From positions 330,001-362,000 of the forward strand of contig OY969114.1 of NCBI GenBank assembly GCA_963698035.1: a DNA stretch of 32,000 bases, given 5' to 3'. Made by a program: the position numbers and the translations under genes. This DNA comes from Candidatus Saccharimonadota bacterium (lineage in GTDB: Archaea; Micrarchaeota; Micrarchaeia; Micrarchaeales; Micrarchaeaceae). Below are positions 18,354-26,791 of this stretch, piece by piece. Under the pieces are notes generated by a model. It saw nothing but the letters and a program-made list of their open reading frames with translations, was not told where the DNA came from and made no database searches. How positions within the stretch are numbered: the first letter of the stretch is position 1; every line of letters starts with the position of its first letter.

Positions 18354-18442
18354 ACATAACACCGTCGGTCTTTCACTTCATCCAGTTTAGTATGATTACT
18401 TTGGACTTAGAACAAAAAGACATAATCACTTTAATCTAAACC

Positions 18443-18457
18443 TATTTATACCTTTTT
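18443..18457 (-). promoter_or_regulatory. Candidate BRE/TATA for the rpl7ae-rps28e-rpl24e operon
   Basis: The minus strand reads AAAAAGG-TATAAATA about 90 nt upstream of the rpl7ae ATG, implying a ~65-nt leader. Confidence 0.45.
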
Positions 18458-18496
18458 GTGAAGGCCTGCATGTCTCGAATTAAAGGGGCGGACCTA

Positions 18497-20694
18497 TCAG
18501 TCCATGAATCGCTCCGCCTTCGGCGGCTCTTCCGGCTGCCCCTTCCTCTTCCTTATCTCCCTCACTGCCTTATTCTGCAGCTCTGTCGGCATCTTCTCGT
18601 ATCCTGCGAATTCCTGGTACCATATGGCCTTTCCTTGGGTCATGCCTCTGAGGTCGTTCGAGAATCCCTTTATCACCTCTGATACGGGCATCTTCGCGAG
18701 TATTGATACCTGGCCGCCCTCCTGCTCTATGTTGGTCACCTGGCCTCTCTTGCTCTGCAGGAAGGAGATTACATCAGACATGTAGTCCAGAGGTATGTTT
18801 ATGGTGAAATTCTGCTTCGGCTCTTCGAGTATCACCCCTGCGGTGAGCATTCCTGCGTATATCGCGTTCTTTATCGCTGGCATTATCTGCGCTGGCCCCC
18901 TGTGCACCGGGTCCTCGTGTATCGTTGCGTCCACCACGCTTACAAGCACGCCCGAGCATTTCTCCCTTGCCAGTGGCCCGTCCCCCACCGCCTCGTTAAA
19001 TCCATCTATGAGCAGTTCCATCACCTCATCCATGTACTGGACACCTTTCGTGGTGTCAGCGAATATGCACTTGTTGGATATCTGTTCTACTTCCTTTGCG
19101 ATCTTCCTCACCATCCCTGCGGCTACCATCGCCTCGATTGCCGCCTGCCCTTTGGGTCTGCCCTCCCTTATCGCGCCCTCGTCTATCGCTTTCTGAACCC
19201 CTGCAGGCACCGGCTCTACCGTTACGTAGAACCTGGAGTGCCTGTTTGGCGATTTGCCCTCTATCGGCCCCGCCTTCTTCTCTATCGTCTCGCGGTAGAC
19301 CACTATGGGCTCGCTTGTGGTTATCGGCACCTTGAAATCGTCCTTCAGTTTGGTCTCTACGATCTCCAGGTGCAGTTCTCCCATCCCGCTTATCAGGTGC
19401 TCACCGGTTTCCTGGTTTATCTCAGCCTTGATCGTCGGATCTTCCTTTGTCAGCATCCTCAGCGCCTCTATTAGCTTAGTAGTGTCCCTCGAGTCCTTTG
19501 CCTCGATCGCCTTTGTAACCACGGGCTGCGAGTAGTGCTTTATCTGCTCGAAGGGCTCGATTATGTCTTCGCTGAGTGTGTCACCCACCGAGAGGTCTTT
19601 TATGCCGATAAGTGCGGCTATGTTTCCTGCGGGTATCGAGTCTACGATGACCTTGTCCGGCCCCATGTATATGCCCACCTGCTGCAGCCTCTGCATGGAC
19701 GACTTTCCAGATATGTGGAACTCCGTTCCCTTCTTTGCGTTTCCAGAGAAGACCCTTCCAACGGCGACCTCTCCCGCTTGCTGGTCATACTTTATTCCGA
19801 ATACTACAACATTTGTCTTTGCCGTTCTCGTCAGTGTTTACCATCGCCTTTCCGTCCGGAGAATTGAGGTCGCCGTGCCATATCTGTGGTATCCTGATAG
19901 GGCTGCGCCTCGGCGGGGTTTGGCAGGTGCTCGACGACCATTGCTAGTGTGGCTTCGTCTATCGGGCAGAGCTCCTGCAGCTTCTCGAGCTCGTTACTTT
20001 GCGGTCAGCTCGAATATCTGCTTGAAGTTGATCTTGTACTTGTCTCCATTATGCACTTCGATATCGCCCACTTTCCTAGGCGGAGCCGAAGCAACGCTTC
20101 CGTTCTCGACGCTGACCTTCCACTTCTCTCCGTGAACTCTTCTGGGGCGTACTGCTCGATCAGCTTGTTTATATCGTTTATCAGCTTGAGCAGCCGCTCG
20201 AGCGTCTGCTCTGGCGTGAGCCTCAGTTCTGTGAGCAGCCTGTCCGTCTTGTTGACGAACAGGACGGGCTTGCCTTCTCCTTCAGCGCCTGCCTGAGCAC
20301 CGTTTCTGTCTGCGGCATTATCCCCTCTACTGGATCGACTACCAGCACCACGCCGTCTACCGCCCTCATCGACCTTGTGACGTGGCCGCCGAAGTCAACG
20401 TGGCCCGGCGTGTCTATCAGGTTGATTATGTAGTCCTTGCCCTTGTAGTTGAAGCCAAGCGATATGTATGCGGACTTTATCGTCATTCTCCTGTCCTTCT
20501 CTATCGCCTCGTAGTTGGTGTAGAGGACATCGCCAGCGACGCTCTTGGATATCAGGCCCGCCTTGCGAGAAGCGAGTCGGTGAGCGTGGTCTTCCCGTGG
20601 TGGACGTGCGCTATGATGCGCGATGTTCCTTATCTGCTTGTGGTCCCGCATCATCTTTGCTACTTCTTCGACAACGATATTCCTTTCTTACCAT
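18497..20694 (-). pseudogene. fusA: Translation elongation factor aEF-2; not translatable as assembled (~11 frame disruptions in the 5' 0.9 kb); probably a functional gene with sequence errors
   Basis: The frame is clean from ~19816 to the stop (GEHLISGMGELHLE; diphthamide-site HEDPVHRGP). In the 5' part, G1 (AHVHHGKTT), [18 protein letters not shown] and HLPNP are recoverable only by switching frames at ~20687, 20618, 20560, 20272, 20126, 20089, 20080, 20060, 19996, 19896 and 19817. The corrected length is 732 aa, so the frame bookkeeping closes. Confidence 0.9.
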
Positions 20695-20705
20695 AAAAAG
20701 ACCCA

Positions 20706-21448
20706 CTACTTCGCGCTCCTTGCCATGCGCTCGATCTCGTTCTTCCTCTTTATCGCATAGCTGTTGATGTCATTGTTTGCCGCGAGCATGAGCTCGTTGG
20801 CAAGCGCCTCGCGCCAGAGTCCTCTTGTTCCCGAATGAGCCTATTACGGTCGCCATCGCGATGTTCCTGAGCGCGATGTCCAGCCTCCTGCTTGCGCTTA
20901 TGTCCACCGCGACGTTGGATTTTATGCCTCCGTACCTGACCCTGGTGGTGTCCTCTATAGGCGCGCTGTTCTCCAGCGCCTGTACGAAGACCTGCAGCGG
21001 GTTCTTGCCGGTCTGCTTGTTTATTGTGTCGAAAGCGACTTCTATCATGTTCATTGCCTTTATCTTCTTGCCCTGCAGCCTTCCCTTGGTCCTTATCACG
21101 TGGCCGCCCACCTTGCCTCCCGTGCCTCCCCTCATAAGGGAGTTGTCCAGCCTCTCGACTATGTTCATGTTGCCTTTGAGAATTGCTTCTGGCTCTCCCT
21201 CCCGTATGAGTGGGGGATAAGCGATAGGCTTCAGGTTTATGTAGTTCCTGAGGCTGGGTCGTATACCTCGACATCATAGCTGTACTTGTTGAAGAGCAAG
21301 GTTTCAGACGAAATGCAATATATCTTTCTTCTGCTGGTCCGGCTGCGATGGAGGAGGGCTTCTCCTTGGCGCCCTCCGCGGCGCTGCGGGCTCTGGGCAC
21401 TGGGTTCGGCTCAGTTGCCGGAACCTGCTGAAGCTGTTGCTCTTCCAT
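20706..21448 (-). pseudogene. rps7: 30S ribosomal protein S7; ~6 frame disruptions as assembled; possible ~45-aa low-complexity N-terminal extension
   Basis: S7 blocks sit in different frames: LFNKYSYDVEVYDP | SLRNYINLKP | RLSPTHTGGRAR | KGNMNIVERL...RLDIALRNIA | EALANELMLAANNDINSYAIKRKNEIERMARSAK*. Shifts occur at ~21310-21330, 21256, 21224, 21187, 21174 and 20811. The ATG at 21448 lies 4 nt after the rps12 stop. An alternative TTG start lies at the LFNKY block. Confidence 0.85.
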
Positions 21449-21452
21449 ACCA

Positions 21453-21881
21453 TCATCTCTTCGGCTTCTCCTTCTTGCCCTTGCTTATCTGCCTATATGT
21501 CGCGCCGTTGAGCTCCACCACCTTGTACTTCATGCCGGGTATGCATCCCATCTGGCCCCTCTGCGAGCCTCCCAAGCCCTCTATCGTGACCTCGTCGTGC
21601 TCGTCAATGAAGCTTATTGATCCGTCCCAGGCACGAATGCGCCGACCGTCCTGCCATTCTTTATTATCTGTACCTTAACGCACTTTATCTGCCGGAGTGC
21701 GGCTGCTTTTGCTCTACAGCTGAACTTCTGAAAGTACGAGCGCCTTCGCCCTAGGTACAGTGCCCATGGGGTCGTACTTCTGCTTCAGCTTGAACTTCCT
21801 CCTCTTCAGCCACTTCTTCAGCAGGCGCTGGTGCTTTCTCTGCCTGACAAGCTTCCTTGCAGCAAATTCACCGTTTGGCAT
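21453..21881 (-). pseudogene. rps12: 30S ribosomal protein S12; 3 frame disruptions as assembled
   Basis: The N-terminus (MPNGEFAARKL...KYDP) and the C-terminus (DGSISFIDEHDEVTIEGLGG...KGKKEKPKR*) share one frame. The middle (VEQKQPHSG / IKCVKVQIIKNGRTVGAFVPG) lies in the other two frames, with shifts at ~21718, 21689 and 21627. Confidence 0.85.
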
Positions 21882-21886
21882 GTTAC

Positions 21887-22180
21887 TCAATCGTTAAGTA
21901 TGTTTGAGTTCCCGGGCTCGATTATCGAGAGCACCGATACGGAGTATGGCTTCCCGCATACGACTCCTAGCTCCACCGGGTTTCCCTCGAATTTTATTAT
22001 GCGTACTCCGACTATTCCTGCTATGTGGGCAAGGTCCTGCAGATTGCTCTCCTTGTTCTTGGAAGCCATTATAACCAGTTTTGCTGTACTCTCTTTTATC
22101 GACTCTGTCACTGTTTTTATTCCTATGGCTGTCTTACCGCTGTCTACAGCTAAACGTATATCGTTTGCCAAATCCGCCAT
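21887..22180 (-). CDS. rpl30e: 50S ribosomal protein L30e
   Basis: 97 aa collinear with L30e (GKTAIGIKTVTESIKESTAKLVIMASK...). It lies 5 nt upstream of rps12. Confidence 0.85.
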   Translation of the reverse strand: MADLANDIRLAVDSGKTAIGIKTVTESIKESTAKLVIMASKNKESNLQDLAHIAGIVGVRIIKFEGNPVELGVVCGKPYSVSVLSIIEPGNSNILND

Positions 22181-22332
22181 GTAAAAACACGCAGAAATAA
22201 AGCTTTAAGTTCCGCCTCTTGCGAGAGAAAACTTAAGAGTATTGTTACGGAAAAGTATATATAGGTGTTGGCTTTTCCAGTCGCTGTGGGTGGAATGTCG
22301 ATGCTAAAAGGCCGAACAATATCTTGCAATAA

Positions 22333-23325
22333 CTAATCCTGTAATGTGGAGTTGCACCCGCTCGGCTGGCTCAAGGTGCCGCTCAGTATCAGTTTCAGGT
22401 ATCCCAGGAATGGCAATTTCCCTATAACTTTTCCTTGGACGTAGCTTTGGATTTCCGGATAGTTTTCGTACTGCATATCTAGCCCGGGATTGTTGTCACC
22501 TTTCGTCAGGTAATAGTAGTTGCCATCGGCATTTAGTATTGCATATACCCTGTGCACTACGTAGCTGGCTCCTTCCTGGTAGAACAGGTCCTGTGGCACC
22601 GTTTCGTAGACGATTATACTGTTGTTGTGGTCTCCTGTTATCGTAGAATTGCCCACCGTTATCGACTGCGTGTACGCCTCCTCTAGCCGAGTTCCGTTAG
22701 TGAAAACGACATTTGTGATGCCGCACTGGTACTTCACGAGGTTGTTGCCTTGGGAGGCATTCGGGATTATGTTGCCTCCGGTCTGCTCCTGCTTGAAGAG
22801 GCCTATGGAATAGCCAGGAAGAACAACCTGTGATATGTTTGCGGTCCTGCCGTTTATCCTGTATGCGACGCATTCGAGCGATTCGTTGGCTATGTTATTG
22901 AGCATGCCCTGGACCTGGCTCGGGGTCACGTCTACCACGGGCGCCTTTATCATGCTTGCGTTCGCCCCCTGAAGGAGTATTAGGTCGCCCCTCTGGAGCG
23001 CTGGCAGCATGCTGCAGCTCGGCACTGCGTCGATTGGGTATTTGGTATGTAGTATGAACTGCATCGCGAACCATATCGCTATCACTATGACTATCGCAAG
23101 CAGTATCTCCAGTGCGTTCTTGAGCTTGCCCTCCTGTTTCGATCCATTCACTACCTCGAGGCCTATCAGCATGACTAGGATCACGACCGTCACTATACCG
23201 AAAATTATCGCGAGGGCTGCGTTTGACTGGTAGAGTATGTAGAGAATGAATGCTGCGACCAGCAGTATGTAGAGCGGCCATGTCGTAATTGCATTCTTTT
23301 TGTTCATCTGATTTGGTTTTGCCAA
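22333..23325 (-). CDS. Signal peptidase I, archaeal/eukaryal Sec11 type, with extra N-terminal TM helices and a ~130-aa insertion
   Basis: Catalytic boxes are present: SCSMLP (Ser), RGDLILL, VVHRV (His), TKGDNNPGLD (Asp). Three hydrophobic helices precede the Ser box. About 145 aa with 7 N-x-S/T sequons lie between the GD box and the His box. Confidence 0.8.
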   Translation of the reverse strand: MAKPNQMNKKNAITTWPLYILLVAAFILYILYQSNAALAIIFGIVTVVILVMLIGLEVVNGSKQEGKLKNALEILLAIVIVIAIWFAMQFILHTKYPIDAVPSCSMLPALQRGDLILLQGANASMIKAPVVDVTPSQVQGMLNNIANESLECVAYRINGRTANISQVVLPGYSIGLFKQEQTGGNIIPNASQGNNLVKYQCGITNVVFTNGTRLEEAYTQSITVGNSTITGDHNNSIIVYETVPQDLFYQEGASYVVHRVYAILNADGNYYYLTKGDNNPGLDMQYENYPEIQSYVQGKVIGKLPFLGYLKLILSGTLSQPSGCNSTLQD

Positions 23326-23335
23326 GATGCTACGC

Positions 23336-26300
23336 CTATCTCTTGTTTGTTATCTCGATGCCGACCGCGCGCGATTGGCCGTCCTGCATTGCCACCCCTA
23401 TCGCAGCCTGCGCCATCGTTATAAGTGAGTCGTTGTGGCTTACCACTATGAATTGGGAATTCTTGCTGAGCTCCCTTATCAACTTGGAGAGCTTCTTTGA
23501 GTTCTCCTTGTCGAATGCAATGTCTATCTCGTCGAATATGTAGAAAGACATGGGCTTCCTCATCTGTATCGCGAATATGAGCGAGAGCATCAGTATCGAC
23601 CTCTCGCCGCCGGACATGCCTTCATCGGTGCGCTTTCTGTTGGTGGCGCCCTGTATGTTGAACATCAGCTTGGAATTGAATGGATCACTTCCCCCATCGA
23701 GATACAGGTTCGCAGATCCCTCAAAAACGGTCCCGTATAGCTTCTTGAAGTTTTCGTTCACCTCATTGAACGTCTTGTTGAAGACGCTGAGCTTCTTGGA
23801 CTCTATCTCGGCGATCATCGCCATTATCGAATTCTTCTCGCGGTCCAGCACCTCCATCCTTGAGCGTGCCTCATCAACATCCTTCTTCCTTTGCGCATAT
23901 GCCTCTGGCGCCTTCAGATTGACGTTGCCTAGCAACTCCTTCTCGTGCCTGCACTCGGTTGCCTGCCTCTCCAGCTCCTCAACATCCTTGTACGCCATCA
24001 TCTTCATGTCAGGATACGAAATAAGCTCGGCCTTTATGTCGCTCAGCCTTGTCTGCAGCTGTGACCTTTTCCCTTCGAAGTCCATCAGATCTCTCTCTAT
24101 TCTATCCACATCGCCCAGGGCTTTGCCCCTATCAAATCCCATTTTTGATATCTTCTCGTCTAACTCTTGGAGCTCCTTGAGCAGCGAGTCTGAACTGGAG
24201 CTGTGACCCTTTATCTTCTCTTGAATCTCTGCCTTCTTCTTTCCATAGTCGAGTATCTGTTTTTCTGCCTCATCTATCTTGGCTTTTGCCTCCTTTACCG
24301 ATGACTCCTCCGCTTTCAGCTCCTTGGATATCGCTCTCGCTCTGCTTTCGTGCATCTCGTTCTCCTTTTCGAGTGCAGCGACCTTGACCTTGGTCTCCTC
24401 TATGAACTGGCGCAGTTCCTTTACCTTGTCGATCTGCTGCTGCGCGACGGTGCCGATGTTCTTCGCGGATACAGATCTGTTCAGCACCGAGTAGAGCCTG
24501 TCGGATTCCGCCCTGTGCGGCTCCCGCTGCTTCTCCAGCTCGATTTTCCTTGAGGCAAATGCCTCCCTAGCTTTGGTTAGCGCACTTGCCTTGGCCTCAA
24601 GTGCGACCGCCTCTTTTGCCGCGCGCGCCATGGACTCTTCAAGCCTCTCGATTTCGGAACGGAGATGCCTCTCCTCGGAGCCATGGCCTGCCAGTTCAAG
24701 CTCAAGCTGAACCATATTCCTCCTTTCCAGTTCGTACTCCTTCTCAACATCGAAGATCTTCTGCATTATTACGGTCTTCTGAGAAGTCAGCCTTGCTAGC
24801 TTGGCCTCTAAGACGGCAGGCAGTTGCTGCGGAGTTAGCGTGCCGCCGGTTACGATGCCAGATTGCTCGACCACCTCTCCCTGCAGGGTCACTATCCTGT
24901 ACTTGCCTATGCTCCTCTGGCTTCCTCCTTTTATCTTGTCAGCCAGGTATGTGTTTGAGAATATGTATTCGAAGGCTTCCTTGTACTTCTGGTCGAATCT
25001 TGCAAGCTCTATCAGCGGCTTTGACTCGTCGCGCGCTTCTGTAGGCTGCGGGGTTATCTCCTTCAACGGTATGAACGATGCACGCCCGAGGCCGTTCTTC
25101 TTTATTATCTCGATGGCATCGCTTGCTACATCAACTGAGTCAACAACGAAGTAGTTCAGTCTGCTGCCTGCTGCGGCGTAGATTGCCACCGCGTATTTCT
25201 CATCGTAGCTGAGAAGTTCGGCTGCCCTTCCATAAAACCCTTTCTTTATCTCGGCCTTCAATATCTTTGATATCCTATCTGTGCCTCTGCCAGATACCGC
25301 AAGCGCCTCCCTGACGCCGATTATATCAGAGTCGAGCTGGAGTGATGCATTCTTCAATTCCTCTATTCTCGCCTTCGACGCGGTTATTGCCTTCTTCTCG
25401 AGTTCCAGCTTTGCTGCGGCCTCGTTTGCCATCTCCTTGAGCCTCTGCAGCTCCGATTCCTTCTCCTTTTTCTCCTTGCCTGTAGATGATGTGGCATTGG
25501 CAAACTCCCTTAGACTCTCCTCCAGTCTGGCAATCTCCGAATTTGCAGAGATGTATTCTCCGTTGAGCGACGCGAGGCTCGACTCCAACACCTCGACCTG
25601 CTTCTGTATCTCTGAGTACCTTGCAACTATCTCCTTACCACTCTGCAAGGAGTCTACGTCAGCCTTTGACAGCTCCTTCTCGACGCCCAGCAGGCCGGAT
25701 TTCAGCACAGCGACCTCTGATGCGTTGGAGTCCTTCTGTTTCGCAATCACGTCTGATTCATCCTTCAGCTGTTTTATTCTCTCCCTATTCTTCTCAATCG
25801 CCTCCTGTATCTGCGAGACCTGAGCCTCCTTTATCTTTATGTTGGCATTTATCTCCTCCATCAACTTGTTTGCGGTGCTGAGCTCGATGGATCCCTCGTC
25901 CAGCTTCTTGGCGAGCTTGCCTCTGAAAGCCGTAGAGCTTGATAGCTCGTCGTTCTGCTTCTTTATCTGGTTCTCGAGCTCTTTCTTTCCGTTTGAGGCC
26001 TTCTCGTAGCCCTCAACAGCCCTATTGTAATCGAGCTCTATCTGCCCCTCGCGTGCCTTGAGTATGGTGTACGTTGCCTGCTTGAGCCTTGCATCGAGCT
26101 CGAGGAACCTCTCGGCATCGGCTTTCTCCTTCTCGAGTTCGTTGAGGAACGCCTGCCTCTCGCCCAGCATTATGTTTGATTCATTTATTTTTGTCTCTGA
26201 TTTCTCTAATTCCTTTATCGACGCCTCTTTCTTGTCGTCGAACTCCTTTATCCCGGCTGCTATATCTATCAGGACCCTCCTGTCCTTCGCGCCGAGCGCC

Positions 26301-26731
26301 AAGATTTTGGTGATCTCTCCCTGTAATATCGTGTTTGTTTCGTTTATCTCCGCTTTGTGCGCTTTAAGCAGATCTAGCACTTCCTGCCTTTTCGCGCGCT
26401 TGCCGTTTATCCTGTATGCGATCTTGCCGTTTGACTTTATTACTCTGGATACCTCTATGTTGTCGTCTCCGGTGAATGAAACGCTTACGTATGCGCGCTT
26501 TACCCCATCTCCCTTCGCTGCCTTCGCCCCTACGCTCATGAGGTTGCTTGCCGAGGAGACCCTCATCCTCTTTAGCGAGGTCTCACCCAAGGAAAAGAGC
26601 AGCGCATCGCATATGTTTGACTTCCCTGAGCCGTTCGGGCCAACCACGCAGTTGAAGCCCTTGCTGAAGCTTATGTTGGCATGTCGGAAAGACTTGAAGT
26701 TGTGAATCGTTATTCTATCTAGATACAGCAT
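23336..26731 (-). CDS. smc: Chromosome segregation ATPase SMC
   Basis: 1131 aa with Walker A GPNGSGKSN, long coiled coils, a central hinge (GRAAELL...GLGRASFIPL), signature MSGGE and Walker B YIFDEID. Confidence 0.95.
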   Translation of the reverse strand: MLYLDRITIHNFKSFRHANISFSKGFNCVVGPNGSGKSNICDALLFSLGETSLKRMRVSSASNLMSVGAKAAKGDGVKRAYVSVSFTGDDNIEVSRVIKSNGKIAYRINGKRAKRQEVLDLLKAHKAEINETNTILQGEITKILALGAKDRRVLIDIAAGIKEFDDKKEASIKELEKSETKINESNIMLGERQAFLNELEKEKADAERFLELDARLKQATYTILKAREGQIELDYNRAVEGYEKASNGKKELENQIKKQNDELSSSTAFRGKLAKKLDEGSIELSTANKLMEEINANIKIKEAQVSQIQEAIEKNRERIKQLKDESDVIAKQKDSNASEVAVLKSGLLGVEKELSKADVDSLQSGKEIVARYSEIQKQVEVLESSLASLNGEYISANSEIARLEESLREFANATSSTGKEKKEKESELQRLKEMANEAAAKLELEKKAITASKARIEELKNASLQLDSDIIGVREALAVSGRGTDRISKILKAEIKKGFYGRAAELLSYDEKYAVAIYAAAGSRLNYFVVDSVDVASDAIEIIKKNGLGRASFIPLKEITPQPTEARDESKPLIELARFDQKYKEAFEYIFSNTYLADKIKGGSQRSIGKYRIVTLQGEVVEQSGIVTGGTLTPQQLPAVLEAKLARLTSQKTVIMQKIFDVEKEYELERRNMVQLELELAGHGSEERHLRSEIERLEESMARAAKEAVALEAKASALTKAREAFASRKIELEKQREPHRAESDRLYSVLNRSVSAKNIGTVAQQQIDKVKELRQFIEETKVKVAALEKENEMHESRARAISKELKAEESSVKEAKAKIDEAEKQILDYGKKKAEIQEKIKGHSSSSDSLLKELQELDEKISKMGFDRGKALGDVDRIERDLMDFEGKRSQLQTRLSDIKAELISYPDMKMMAYKDVEELERQATECRHEKELLGNVNLKAPEAYAQRKKDVDEARSRMEVLDREKNSIMAMIAEIESKKLSVFNKTFNEVNENFKKLYGTVFEGSANLYLDGGSDPFNSKLMFNIQGATNRKRTDEGMSGGERSILMLSLIFAIQMRKPMSFYIFDEIDIAFDKENSKKLSKLIRELSKNSQFIVVSHNDSLITMAQAAIGVAMQDGQSRAVGIEITNKR

Positions 26732-26791
26732 ATTTCCACCAGATCGGTCGCGCGCTGGTTTGACGAATAGATATTATAACGTCTATTTTTA

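Noticed and set aside
18354-18442. Canonical K-turn or C/D-box-like element (GGAUGAAGUGA) in the rpl7ae leader
   Set aside because: Tandem GA dinucleotides are present. However, I could not pair them into a C-stem / 3-nt bulge / G.A-A.G arrangement, and the spacing is too short.
20750-21448. 232-aa Arg/Gln/His/Gly-rich minus-strand ORF
   Set aside because: It is an out-of-frame read through rps7 created by the indels. Only its first ~45 codons may be real, as the possible S7 N-terminal extension.
19990-21725. In-frame TAA/TAG/TGA codons in fusA and rps12 as possible stop-codon recoding (Sec/Pyl or code change)
   Set aside because: Conserved motifs continue in a different frame after each stop, not in the same frame. 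No SECIS- or PYLIS-like context was looked for, and none is needed. Indels explain every case.
23550-26705. Several long plus-strand ORFs (218, 152, 180 and 215 aa) inside smc
   Set aside because: They are Ser/Leu/Phe-rich mirror images of the Glu/Lys/Leu-rich coiled-coil codons of SMC on the opposite strand. No independent support.
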